Shown piece by piece: positions 10,164 through 19,091 of a DNA stretch of 19,592 nucleotides. The notes below the pieces were generated by a model. That model made no database searches. It saw nothing but the letters and a program-made list of their open reading frames with translations, and was not told the origin of the DNA. A program made the translations under genes and the position numbers. Within the stretch, counting starts at the first letter, position 1. Each line of letters begins with the position of its first letter. The stretch covers positions 1-19,592 of the forward strand of contig JAPLDX010000022.1 in NCBI GenBank assembly GCA_026391215.1. The letters run 5' to 3'. This DNA comes from Bacteroidia bacterium (GTDB taxonomy: Bacteria; Bacteroidota; Bacteroidia; Bacteroidales; VadinHA17).

Positions 10164-10280
10164 ATAAAATTTGCAAAAGATACCTTTTTACCGGCATATT
10201 TTAAGATTATTATTGACTTGTATATCATAAAAATTTATCTTTAAACAGTCATAATATTATTTATGCTTATTTAATACCAC

Positions 10281-10868
10281 ATGAAAAAACTAATATTCGG
10301 ATTACTTGTCATTATTCTAATGGTCTCCAAAGTAAATGCCCAGTTTACAAAAATCGGGGGAGGAACCGGATTTACAACCGGTTATCATTTTCATGAAATG
10401 GACTATGATTACAATAAAAGCGGACATGTTTTTGCATCACTGAAAGGAATTTACGAAATAACGGTCCCAATACATATTTCGCCTTCCTTCACTTTTTTTA
10501 TCCCTCATTTCTATAAGGAGCTGGATTGGAGGACAACAGTCAATACCATGATGTTTGATATCAACGGTCATTATGTTTTCAATTCACTCGATAAATTCGA
10601 ATTTTACGGACTTGCAGGGCTTGATGTTTTGGTTGCCTGGAAAAGAGAAAAGTATACTGGTACTGGTGCTGGTGAGGTTTTTAAGGAAAACGATAATGTC
10701 CTCGGATTAAACCTGGGTGTTGGCACATATATGAAAATCACAGAACAGTTTGATATTTATGCTGAAGCAAAATATATTCTCGGCAAATATGATCAGTTCA
10801 TGTTGAATGCAGGAGTTCTTATCAACATTGACTGGCTGAAAAAACACGAAGATACAGGGGGTTTATAA
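10281..10868 (+). CDS. Small outer-membrane beta-barrel protein (OmpA-like/OMP_b-brl type)
   Basis: Signal peptide MKKLIFGLLVIILMVSKVNA-Q. About 8 amphipathic strands (FDINGHYVF, FYGLAGL, GLNLGVG, IYAEAKY, FMLNAGVLI). Confidence 0.8.
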   Translation: MKKLIFGLLVIILMVSKVNAQFTKIGGGTGFTTGYHFHEMDYDYNKSGHVFASLKGIYEITVPIHISPSFTFFIPHFYKELDWRTTVNTMMFDINGHYVFNSLDKFEFYGLAGLDVLVAWKREKYTGTGAGEVFKENDNVLGLNLGVGTYMKITEQFDIYAEAKYILGKYDQFMLNAGVLINIDWLKKHEDTGGL

Positions 10869-10869
10869 G

Positions 10870-11844
10870 TTAACGATCCCGTCCGATAAGAGAGCTGGTA
10901 ATATATTCCAGCTCTTTTTTTCTTTCTTCATCAACACTTACTTTTTTTAACAAGCTGAATGCCCTGTCAATAAAATTATTAGCCAGCGTTTCTGTAATTT
11001 CTTTTATGTTAAGCTGGTCATACAGGCAGATAACGTTTTTTACCTTCTCCCCGGTATCAGGATCTTTAAAGGATAATAGCTTCTGAAGCTGTTTATGCTG
11101 GCTGGCTGAAGCTATTTCCAGGGCTTTAACGAGGGGAAATGTTTTTTTATTGGCGACAATATCACCTCCTGATGTTTTGCCAAACACCTTTGTATTTCCC
11201 CATATATCGAGTAAATCGTCCTGAATCTGAAAAGCAAGTCCAATATTTCTGCCAAATTCATAGAGCAGGTCTGAATCTTTGTCATCACTGCCTCCTGTAA
11301 TTGCGCCGATTTTAAGTGAAGCTGCCAGAAATACAGCAGTTTTCAGTTCTATCATTTTAAGGTATTCATCCTGACTTACAATGGCAGCTTTTTCATAATC
11401 AAGATCCAGCTGCTGTCCTGCACATACCTCAATGGCGGCTTTATTGAATACCCGGAAAACTCTGAGAAGATTATTGGCCGGAGTCTGAAGAAAACACTCA
11501 TTTGCAATAAAAGCCATTACATCTCCCGATATAATGGCCTGGTTTACATTCCATTTATTGTGTACCGTGGGGTAATTTCGTCTGACAGAAGCCTGGTCCA
11601 TAATATCATCATGGACAAGTGTGAAATTATGAAAAACCTCCAGTCCGATGGCCGGAAGAATTGCATCATCTATCTTATCGTTGAAAAGGTTACATGCCAT
11701 CAAAGCCAATATCGGACGTAATCTTTTGCCTCCAATGGAAAGAATGTATTTAACAGGTTCAATAAGCTTTAAGGCTTCCGTATTGTACGAAAGATTCAAT
11801 AAAGCCTTTTCAATTATCTCCTTTAGTTCGGAATGATTGTACAT
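10870..11844 (-). CDS. ispA: Short-chain trans-polyprenyl diphosphate synthase (FPP/GGPP synthase, IspA-like)
   Basis: GGKRLRP, first Asp-rich motif FTLVHDDIMD..RR, GQQLD, KT and second motif FQIQDDLLD. Phe at -5 before the first motif suggests a short-chain product. Confidence 0.88.
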   Translation of the reverse strand: MYNHSELKEIIEKALLNLSYNTEALKLIEPVKYILSIGGKRLRPILALMACNLFNDKIDDAILPAIGLEVFHNFTLVHDDIMDQASVRRNYPTVHNKWNVNQAIISGDVMAFIANECFLQTPANNLLRVFRVFNKAAIEVCAGQQLDLDYEKAAIVSQDEYLKMIELKTAVFLAASLKIGAITGGSDDKDSDLLYEFGRNIGLAFQIQDDLLDIWGNTKVFGKTSGGDIVANKKTFPLVKALEIASASQHKQLQKLLSFKDPDTGEKVKNVICLYDQLNIKEITETLANNFIDRAFSLLKKVSVDEERKKELEYITSSLIGRDR

Positions 11845-11851
11845 GATTTTT

Positions 11852-12736
11852 TCAGCCTTTCAGGGCTTCGGCACCGCTTACGACTTCAAGTATCTGATTT
11901 GTAATGGCGGCCTGACGTGCTTTATTGTATTGAAGCGTCAGCTCCCGTATCATGTTTGTAGCATTGTCGGAAGCCTTATGCATTGCAGTCATCCTGGCGC
12001 CATGCTCTGCCACAAATGAATCGAGTACTGCTCTGTAAAATTGAATCTTCAGCGATTTAGGTATAAGCTCTTTGACTATTTCCTCTTCCGAGGGTTCATA
12101 GATATAATCCACCGGAGCTGCAGCCTTATTCCCTGAAGGAGTTGATTCAACCGGAAGGAATTGCTCATCTGTCAGGCTTTGAACCGCTGCATTTTTAAAA
12201 TGATTATAAATGACCTCTACTCTGTCATATTCTTTCGAAACAAATTTTTTCATGATCTCCTCAGCAACAACAGCAACATTATCGAAAGTAAGGTTGTTTA
12301 AAAGAGCATTACGCTCAGGAACCATTTTAACATTCTGTTTTCTCAGGTAATCATAGCCTTTTTTCCCTATAGTGAGGAATACAACGTCCCCTTTATTGAA
12401 CTGGTCGAGATACTTTTCGGATACAATCCGTCTGGCTTCCTTAATCACATTCGCATTAAAAGCCCCGCAAAGACCTCTGTTGGAAGTAATCACAACAACA
12501 AGGATCTTTTCCGGGGGAGTAATCCGTCCGTAAATGTTTTCCACTTCTGATTCAGCAAGGCTTTGTGTAAGGCCAGTTAGTATCTCCTTCAATTTACTTA
12601 CGTAAGGACGCAGGCGGACAATCTTATCCTGAGCTCTTCTCAACTTGGCAGCAGAAACCATTTTCATTGCTGAAGTGATCTGTTTCGTGGATTTGACAGA
12701 GCTTATTCTGATCCTAATCGCCTTTAAATTTGCCAT
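11852..12736 (-). CDS. atpG: F1 ATP synthase gamma subunit
   Basis: ITSAMKMVSAAK, RGLCGAFN, EHGARMTAM and YNKARQAAITNQILEVVSGA. Confidence 0.98.
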   Translation of the reverse strand: MANLKAIRIRISSVKSTKQITSAMKMVSAAKLRRAQDKIVRLRPYVSKLKEILTGLTQSLAESEVENIYGRITPPEKILVVVITSNRGLCGAFNANVIKEARRIVSEKYLDQFNKGDVVFLTIGKKGYDYLRKQNVKMVPERNALLNNLTFDNVAVVAEEIMKKFVSKEYDRVEVIYNHFKNAAVQSLTDEQFLPVESTPSGNKAAAPVDYIYEPSEEEIVKELIPKSLKIQFYRAVLDSFVAEHGARMTAMHKASDNATNMIRELTLQYNKARQAAITNQILEVVSGAEALKG

Positions 12737-12772
12737 CTCTTACTCATTAAATCATCCTGGTCACTGTTATTT

Positions 12773-14353
12773 CTAAGGCTTATATTTAGCCGTCAGTTCT
12801 GCAGCAACCTTTTCAAGTACTTTTGTAATATCGTTATTGAGTATGCCGTCGCGCAGATTATCAAGAATATCCCTGTGCTTCAAATCGAGATATTCAATAT
12901 ATTCAGTTTCAAAAGCTTTAACCTTATCAACAGGAACATCCTTCAGCAATCCCATGGTTCCGCAATAGATAATTGCTATTTGTTTTTCAACCGGTACGGG
13001 TGCATATTGTCCCTGTTTAAGTATTTGTACGTTTCTCGCTCCTTTATTCAGAACAGCCAGTGTAGTGGCATCAAGGTCGGATCCGAATTTGGAAAATGCT
13101 TCAAGCTCACGGTACTGAGCCTGGTCAACTTTCAGCGTTCCGGCAATTTTCTTCATTGATTTGATCTGGGCATTTCCTCCAACCCTTGATACTGAAATAC
13201 CAACGTTGATAGCAGGCCGTACGCCGGCATTGAAAAGACCGGATTCGAGGAATATCTGTCCGTCCGTTATCGAGATCACATTTGTAGGGATATATGCTGA
13301 AACGTCGCCTGCCTGTGTTTCGATTATAGGCAGGGCTGTAAGCGACCCTCCTCCTTTCACCATAGGACGCAAGGCTTCCGGAAGGTCATTCATCTGTTTT
13401 GCAACCTCATCTGATTCGATGATCTTTGCTGCTCTTTCAAGAAGACGTGAATGCAGGTAGAAAACATCACCCGGATAAGCTTCACGCCCAGGCGGACGGC
13501 GGAGCAGAAGAGACACCTCCCTGTAGGAGACTGCTTGTTTTGACAGGTCGTCATATATGATAAGGGCATCGCGTCCCGTGTCACGGAAGAACTCTCCGAT
13601 TGCAGCGCCGGCAAACGGAGCATAGAACTGTGATGCTGCAGGATCTGATGCTGTTGCAAGAACAATCACTGTATATTCCAGTGCTCCGTATTCTTCAAGA
13701 GTCTTTGCAATATTTGCCACCGTTGATCCTTTCTGACCAACAGCAACATAAATGCAATATACCGGTTTCCCTTTCTCAAAATTGCTACGCTGGTTTATGA
13801 TAGTATCAATTGCAATAGCTGTTTTACCTGTCTGTCTGTCACCAATGATAAGTTCTCTCTGTCCGCGCCCTATTGGTATCATGGCATCAATAGCCTTTAT
13901 CCCTGTCTGCAACGGTTGTTTCACAGGCTGGCGGAAAATAACACCCGGGGCTTTTCTTTCAAAAGGTAAAATATATAGTTTTCCGCTAATGGGACCTTTC
14001 CCGTCAAGTGGCTGTCCTGTCGGAGATACTACTCTTCCAAGCAATCCTTCACCTACGCCAATGGAGGCTATTCTCCCGGTGCGTTTAACAATATCTCCTT
14101 CATTGATCTCCTCGGTCGGACCAAGCAGCACAGCTCCGATATTATCTTCCTCAAGATTCAGTACAATTGCTTCAATCCCGTTTTCAAATTCAATCAATTC
14201 GTTTGATTGAGCATTTGTGAGGCCGTAAATACGAGCTATCCCGTCGCCAACCGTAAGGACGGTCCCAACCTCTTCCAGTTCGGTCCCGGTTTGAATTCCC
14301 TCGAGTTGCTTTTGGAGGATCTTTGAAACTTCTGCAGGTTTAATGCTTGCCAT
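12773..14353 (-). CDS. atpA: F1 ATP synthase alpha subunit
   Basis: [17 protein letters not shown] (Walker A), [33 protein letters not shown] and [14 protein letters not shown]. Confidence 0.99.
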   Translation of the reverse strand: MASIKPAEVSKILQKQLEGIQTGTELEEVGTVLTVGDGIARIYGLTNAQSNELIEFENGIEAIVLNLEEDNIGAVLLGPTEEINEGDIVKRTGRIASIGVGEGLLGRVVSPTGQPLDGKGPISGKLYILPFERKAPGVIFRQPVKQPLQTGIKAIDAMIPIGRGQRELIIGDRQTGKTAIAIDTIINQRSNFEKGKPVYCIYVAVGQKGSTVANIAKTLEEYGALEYTVIVLATASDPAASQFYAPFAGAAIGEFFRDTGRDALIIYDDLSKQAVSYREVSLLLRRPPGREAYPGDVFYLHSRLLERAAKIIESDEVAKQMNDLPEALRPMVKGGGSLTALPIIETQAGDVSAYIPTNVISITDGQIFLESGLFNAGVRPAINVGISVSRVGGNAQIKSMKKIAGTLKVDQAQYRELEAFSKFGSDLDATTLAVLNKGARNVQILKQGQYAPVPVEKQIAIIYCGTMGLLKDVPVDKVKAFETEYIEYLDLKHRDILDNLRDGILNNDITKVLEKVAAELTAKYKP

Positions 14354-14394
14354 ATTTTTATATCTTATTTCCTTAAATAATTATTTCCCATTCT

Positions 14395-14943
14395 TTAAGC
14401 TGTCAGCCTGTTGCCTTTCAGCTCTTTTTCTATTTTGCGGAGCTTATTCCTGATGCTGGCATCAATATACTTGTCATCAATCCTCAGGATGAATCCTCCG
14501 ATAATATCTTCATCAACAATTTCTTTCAGTTCTACTTTTGTATTAAATGTGGAAGAGATCAGATCGGATACCTGTTTTTTTACTTTATCATCTGCTTTAA
14601 CTGCCGTGGTCAGCACAGTTTCGGTAATACCGTTGTGCTTCATGGTTTCGCTCCTGAAAACCCTGGCAATAGCAGGAATAAAGCTTTCCCTGCCGTTTTT
14701 GACAGCCAGATCAATAAGCGAATAAGTAAGGCTGCAAAGGTCTTTACCGAACACTTCATGAAGTATTGAAGTCTTTTTGGAAGGCCGGATTATCGGACTT
14801 TTAAGCAGTTCCCTTACTTCCGGGAAAGTACATATCTGTGCAACATTCAGCATGTCCTGATAAACCCTATCAAGCATCTTGTTTTCAAGTGCCGACTGGA
14901 ACAAAGCCCGTGAGTATCTTACAGATATTTTACTGTCGTTCAT
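14395..14943 (-). CDS. atpH: F1 ATP synthase delta subunit
   Basis: RYSRALF N-terminus and VDEDIIGGFILRIDDKYIDASI C-terminus. Lies between atpF and atpA. Confidence 0.96.
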   Translation of the reverse strand: MNDSKISVRYSRALFQSALENKMLDRVYQDMLNVAQICTFPEVRELLKSPIIRPSKKTSILHEVFGKDLCSLTYSLIDLAVKNGRESFIPAIARVFRSETMKHNGITETVLTTAVKADDKVKKQVSDLISSTFNTKVELKEIVDEDIIGGFILRIDDKYIDASIRNKLRKIEKELKGNRLTA

Positions 14944-14957
14944 TTACCAGGAAGAGG

Positions 14958-15476
14958 TTAATTTTTCTTTAAATCAATATCTTTCAGATACTTATCTATC
15001 AGCTTATCCTGCTCTCCTGTCTTGCTGAGCTTTTCACCAAGCAGTTTTGAGGCAATTTCAACAGAAAGAGTAGCTACCTGCTCATGGATTTCTGAAAGAG
15101 CTTTATCTTTTTCCCTTTCAATGCCTGTCATAGCTTTTTCAACTATTTTCTCAGCTTCTTCAGTAGCTCTTCCCTTGGCTTCGGCTATCAGCTTATCACG
15201 GACATCTCTTGCTTCTTTAAGGATTGTCTCGCGTTCCTCCCTTGCCTTTTTCAGGATCGCTTCATTATCAGCCTGCAGTTTTTGCATCTCTTTACGAGCA
15301 TTTTCTGCGGATTCGATTGATCCTTTGATCATTTCATCTCTTTGCTTTATTGCAGCAAGAATCGGCTTCCATGCAAATTTTGCAAGCAGAAAGAAAAAAA
15401 GTGAGAAGATCAGGATTGACCAGAATAATGTGCCAACACCGACTGCGGTCAGGCTGTTACCTGCTAATAATATCAT
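14958..15476 (-). CDS. atpF: Fo ATP synthase subunit b
   Basis: One N-terminal TM helix (TLFWSILIFSLFFFLLAKFAWKPI) followed by a long coiled coil. Start moved to ATG 15476 because the track's 15515 start lies inside the intergenic hairpin. Confidence 0.95.
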   Translation of the reverse strand: MILLAGNSLTAVGVGTLFWSILIFSLFFFLLAKFAWKPILAAIKQRDEMIKGSIESAENARKEMQKLQADNEAILKKAREERETILKEARDVRDKLIAEAKGRATEEAEKIVEKAMTGIEREKDKALSEIHEQVATLSVEIASKLLGEKLSKTGEQDKLIDKYLKDIDLKKN

Positions 15477-15503
15477 AGTTCCTGAGTTTAAAATTTCCTT
15501 TAA

Positions 15504-15534
15504 AAGATCCTGCAATCAACCATTGCAGGATCTT
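15504..15534 (-). terminator. Perfect 13-bp stem-loop between atpE and atpF (weak terminator or mRNA-stabilising hairpin)
   Basis: AAGATCCTGCAAT-caacc-ATTGCAGGATCTT. On the minus strand the 3' arm ends …GGATCTTTT (four U), starting 7 nt after the atpE stop. Confidence 0.6.
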
Positions 15535-15541
15535 GTTTCCC

Positions 15542-15772
<231 letters not shown>

Positions 15773-15785
15773 TTAACAATAAAAA

Positions 15786-16880
15786 TTAATGATGCTCCTC
15801 AACCAGCGCCATGCTGATGAACAGCGATGATAAAAATGTAAAGACATATGCCTGAAGGAAAGCCACAAGTAATTCGAGGCAATCCATAAAGATCACAAAG
15901 AAAACCGACACTGGTGAAACCCAGATTGAATCAAAAATAAATATCAATGCCATTAAGCTAATAACAATAATATGACCGGCAGTTATATTTGCGAACAAAC
16001 GTATCATCAGGGCAAACGGTTTTGATACTATTCCTATCAGTTCTACGGGTACCATTATCGGCAGAAGCCATAGCGGCACACCTGGTGTGGCAAATATGTG
16101 TTTCCAGTAACCTTTCGTTCCGTTTAGTTGAACGGTAAAGAATGTGAACAGTGCCAGTGTCATTGTAAGCGCCAGGTTCCCGGTTACGTTTGCTCCGAAA
16201 GGCGGTGGGAACGGGATAAGCCCCATGAGGTTGTTTATCAATATAAAGAAGAATACTGACAAAAGGTACGGCATGAATTTCTCGTAGTGCTTATACCCAA
16301 TATTGGGTATAACAACATCATCGCGTATGAAACAGATCACAGGTTCAAGAAAGCTCTGGATACCCCTTGGATGGCTAATGCCTGATTTCTTATATGATCG
16401 TGACAGTGAAATGAAAAGCCAGAGGCCCAGCAAAGCTGCAGCAAGCATTCCGACTACCATTTTGGTCATTGAAAAGTCAAGAGGGATATTCTCCTTGTCA
16501 ATCTCTCCGGCTGCATTCATTGCCACAATTTTACCAGCATACTCTCCCTCCTCTTCAAGCCGGAAACCCTTATATTCATGCCCGTGCGCCAGTTTGTCCG
16601 AGAAGAAAAAATGGAGGCCGGTACCTTTCTGATAAAGGATTACTGGCAGTGGAATGGAGATATTTTTCTCCGTTCCATCTTTTTTCCTGATCGTCAGGAG
16701 ATGCCATTCATGCGAATTGCTGACATGCTCAATGATGAATGAGCTTGCATCAAATGGTCCTTTAGATTGTCCTGCTGCCGTTGCCTCGGGAGATCCATGC
16801 GCCGCCTGCCCGACAGCCGGGAAATTATATACAAGCAGGAAGAGAATAAAGAAAAGACCGGTAGTTAATCTCGTTTTCAA
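15786..16880 (-). CDS. atpB: Fo ATP synthase subunit a with N-terminal extension
   Basis: FFFILINNLMGLIP, ANVTGN, KPFALMIRLFANITAGH (essential Arg) and LELLVAFLQAYVF. TTG at 16880 (8 nt after the upstream stop) is preferred over the overlapping ATG at 16922; start uncertain. Confidence 0.95.
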   Translation of the reverse strand: MKTRLTTGLFFILFLLVYNFPAVGQAAHGSPEATAAGQSKGPFDASSFIIEHVSNSHEWHLLTIRKKDGTEKNISIPLPVILYQKGTGLHFFFSDKLAHGHEYKGFRLEEEGEYAGKIVAMNAAGEIDKENIPLDFSMTKMVVGMLAAALLGLWLFISLSRSYKKSGISHPRGIQSFLEPVICFIRDDVVIPNIGYKHYEKFMPYLLSVFFFILINNLMGLIPFPPPFGANVTGNLALTMTLALFTFFTVQLNGTKGYWKHIFATPGVPLWLLPIMVPVELIGIVSKPFALMIRLFANITAGHIIVISLMALIFIFDSIWVSPVSVFFVIFMDCLELLVAFLQAYVFTFLSSLFISMALVEEHH

Positions 16881-16888
16881 ATCTGTAA

Positions 16889-17278
16889 TTATTCTAAAGA
16901 TCTGCCTTTCACTGTTTTCCATATAATCAATACAGAAAACAATGTGAATGTTAAATATAGAACAAAAAATAATACAACAGACGATAATCCTGTTTTTTTA
17001 GCTATAAAAAACCAGATGAATGCGAATATAAGTTCAGCCAGAAATTTAATGCTTACTGCGACAAGGCTGTGCATGATCTGGCTGGCAGGTTCCTTACTCT
17101 GTCCCCTGAAAAAAAATATCAGGACCAAAAGAGTAATAAGGGTAAAAATAGCCGATGCTACTCCTATGTCGTTGAAAATCCGGGGGGTATTAAAGTTTGT
17201 AACAATTATGAATCCGGCAACCAGCACCAGCATTTCAATGATTGCGAGTAAAAATACCGATCTGGCCAGGGGTTTCAA
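16889..17278 (-). CDS. 4-TM membrane protein, AtpI-like accessory protein of the atp operon
   Basis: 129 aa with four hydrophobic segments, directly upstream of atpB. TTG start. Assigned from position and topology. Confidence 0.65.
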   Translation of the reverse strand: MKPLARSVFLLAIIEMLVLVAGFIIVTNFNTPRIFNDIGVASAIFTLITLLVLIFFFRGQSKEPASQIMHSLVAVSIKFLAELIFAFIWFFIAKKTGLSSVVLFFVLYLTFTLFSVLIIWKTVKGRSLE

Positions 17279-17286
17279 AAGATGGA

Positions 17287-17529
17287 TTATTTTTTTATTA
17301 TAAAATCCTTAATGGCAACCCAGATTGCCGCAAACACTCCAAGAAGAGAAAGGATTATTGTAAAGACAGGATTACTGAATCCAGCCAGCTTATCCAGCTT
17401 AATTCCTCCCCATGTAGTAAGGAAGATAATAACTCCCATTTGTACCACTATTCCGGAATATTTGCCAACTGCCTGCAGTCCTTTATTTTCCGGGTCGTTC
17501 CGGTTCTTTTGGTCTTGCTGCTCCTCCAT
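17287..17529 (-). CDS. AtpZ/AtpI family (ATPase gene 1) 2-TM protein
   Basis: 80 aa. KYSGIVVQMGVIIFLTTWGGIKLDK…PVFTIILSLLGVFAAI carries the G..LD motif between two TM helices. Confidence 0.82.
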   Translation of the reverse strand: MEEQQDQKNRNDPENKGLQAVGKYSGIVVQMGVIIFLTTWGGIKLDKLAGFSNPVFTIILSLLGVFAAIWVAIKDFIIKK

Positions 17530-17878
17530 TGTCGTCGTTATCGCTCATTTTACAGTTTCCGGTAAACTTTGCTCCGGGTTCAATCGATAGTTTTGAAGTA
17601 GCTATATCGCCAAGTATCCTTGAAGAAGCTTTAAGAATTAACAATTGACTTACACAGATCTTCCCTTCCACGCTGCCCGACACTTCGGAGTTTTTACATA
17701 TGACTTCGCCATTTACTTTCCCTGTAACTCCAATAACCACCTTGCCTTTAGTATTAAGGTTCCCTGTCAGGCTGCCATCGATACGAATATCTCCGTTTGA
17801 CTTGATATCACCGGAAATATCTGTCCCGTTGCTGATCAGGTTTATTGCAGCAGGTTCAGTCTCATTGTTTTTTGCCAT
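17483..17878 (-). CDS. Bactofilin (polymer-forming cytoskeletal protein, CcmA family)
   Basis: Beta-helix repeats ISGDI, IRIDGSLTGNL, GKVNGEV, GSVEGKI, RILGDI and LSIEPGAKFTGNCKM. Confidence 0.92.
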   Translation of the reverse strand: MAKNNETEPAAINLISNGTDISGDIKSNGDIRIDGSLTGNLNTKGKVVIGVTGKVNGEVICKNSEVSGSVEGKICVSQLLILKASSRILGDIATSKLSIEPGAKFTGNCKMSDNDDNGGAARPKEPERPGK

Positions 17879-17916
17879 AGCACATCAGATTTTTGAGTTA
17901 CAAGCTTAATTACTCA

Positions 17917-17924
17917 CAAATATA
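17917..17924 (-). promoter_or_regulatory. Putative sigmaA -7 element for the bactofilin-atp operon
   Basis: TATATTTG on the minus strand (exact TAnnTTTG), 38 nt upstream of the bactofilin ATG. A TTG 21 nt further upstream (17946-17948) could be the -33 element. Confidence 0.65.
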
Positions 17925-17968
17925 AAAACTATTTTATATTAGCCCCAACATTCTTGTTATTGTGCCTC

Positions 17969-18088
17969 ATGTACACTTCCCCCCAACCCCCTTCCCTGCT
18001 ACGCAAGGCAGGGGGCTTAATACGTTGTAATTGAGACTATTTCCCCCTCCTTGCGTAGCAGGGAGGGGGACCAAGGGGGTGGGTACAT
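17969..18088. repeat. 120-bp GC-rich imperfect inverted repeat made of two self-palindromic arms (REP doublet / REPIN- or MITE-like)
   Basis: Ends are ATGTAC (17969-74) and GTACAT (18083-88). Perfect 16-bp inverted core TCCCTGCTACGCAAGG (17993-18008) / CCTTGCGTAGCAGGGA (18049-18064). AT-rich 27-nt spacer. Each arm also folds on its own, e.g. CCCCCTCCTTGC-gta-GCAGGGAGGGGG. Confidence 0.85.
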
Positions 18089-18091
18089 TTT

Positions 18092-19090
18092 TTATTTCGG
18101 ATCATATGCCCACTTGAGGTAAATTGACCCCCATGTGAATCCACCGCCAAATGCGGCAAGTATAAGTATATCTCCCTTTTTTAACCTTTTTTCGTATTCC
18201 CAGATGCAAAGCGGAATAGTGGCATTAGTCGTATTTCCGTAGTTTTGGATATTTATCATCACCTTTTCAGGAGGAAGTCCCATCCTTTTCCCGGTTGCAT
18301 CTATTATACGAAGGTTCGCCTGATGCGGGACCAGAAAGGCAATGTCTTCCGGTTTAAGCTTGTTCCGTTCCATTATTTCAGCTGCCACATCAGCCATATT
18401 CACCACGGCAAATTTAAATACGCTCTGCCCTTCCTGATAAAGGAAATGTTCCTTTGCATCAACTGTCTCATGGGATGAAGGTTTAACTGAACCGCCTGCC
18501 TTCAGATGTAAATACTTACGCCCCGAGCCGTCAGTATGAAAAATATGATCCATTATCCCGACATCTTCAGAGGTTGGTTCCAGCAAAACGGCTCCGCCTG
18601 CATCTCCGAACAAAGGACATTGTGTGCGGTCGGTATAATCAGTAATTGATGACATTTTATCGGCGCCAACGACTATAACTTTCCTGTATTTGCCGCTTTC
18701 AACATATTCAGCAGCTGATTGCAGCGCAAACAGGAACCCGGAACAGGCTGCATTAAGATCAAAGCTGAACGCATTTTTTATTCCAGTCTTGTCAGATATT
18801 ATATTTGCTGTTGCCGGAAATGCCATATCCGGGGTAACAGTAGCACAGATTAAAAGGTCAATATCATCAGGCGAGGTGCCTGTTTTTTCAAGAAGACCCC
18901 TCACTGCCTGTTCACCAAGGTCTGAACTTCCAAGCCCTTCACCCTTCAGGATACGTCTTTCCTTAATTCCGACACGCTGCATGATCCACTCGTCGGAAGT
19001 ATCAACCATTTTTGAAAGCTCGTGGTTTGTAAGCCTGTACTCAGGAACCCAGGCATGAATTCCGGTAATGGCCGCACGAATTTTTTCCAT
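18092..19090 (-). CDS. fabH: 3-oxoacyl-ACP synthase III
   Basis: Catalytic triad motifs AACSGF, PHQAN and YGNT, plus LFGDAGGA and FGGGFTWG. Start set at ATG 19090 ([10 protein letters not shown]), 1 nt after the plsX stop. Confidence 0.96.
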   Translation of the reverse strand: MEKIRAAITGIHAWVPEYRLTNHELSKMVDTSDEWIMQRVGIKERRILKGEGLGSSDLGEQAVRGLLEKTGTSPDDIDLLICATVTPDMAFPATANIISDKTGIKNAFSFDLNAACSGFLFALQSAAEYVESGKYRKVIVVGADKMSSITDYTDRTQCPLFGDAGGAVLLEPTSEDVGIMDHIFHTDGSGRKYLHLKAGGSVKPSSHETVDAKEHFLYQEGQSVFKFAVVNMADVAAEIMERNKLKPEDIAFLVPHQANLRIIDATGKRMGLPPEKVMINIQNYGNTTNATIPLCIWEYEKRLKKGDILILAAFGGGFTWGSIYLKWAYDPK

Positions 19091-19091
19091 A

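Noticed and set aside
10122-10868. Horizontally acquired island or mobile insertion at the OMP gene
   Set aside because: I found no flanking direct repeats, integrase or transposase. The AT-richness is limited to the promoter region, and the protein has a typical Bacteroidota signal peptide.
15477-15515. N-terminal extension of AtpF from TTG 15515; likewise FabH from 19138
   Set aside because: The AtpF extension starts inside the intergenic hairpin and the FabH extension overlaps the plsX 3' end. Downstream ATGs at 15476 and 19090 give family-typical N-termini.
17969-18088. CRISPR array, tRNA or autonomous IS at the GC-rich repeat
   Set aside because: There are only two arms, in inverted orientation, with no repeat-spacer series, no cloverleaf and no transposase ORF.
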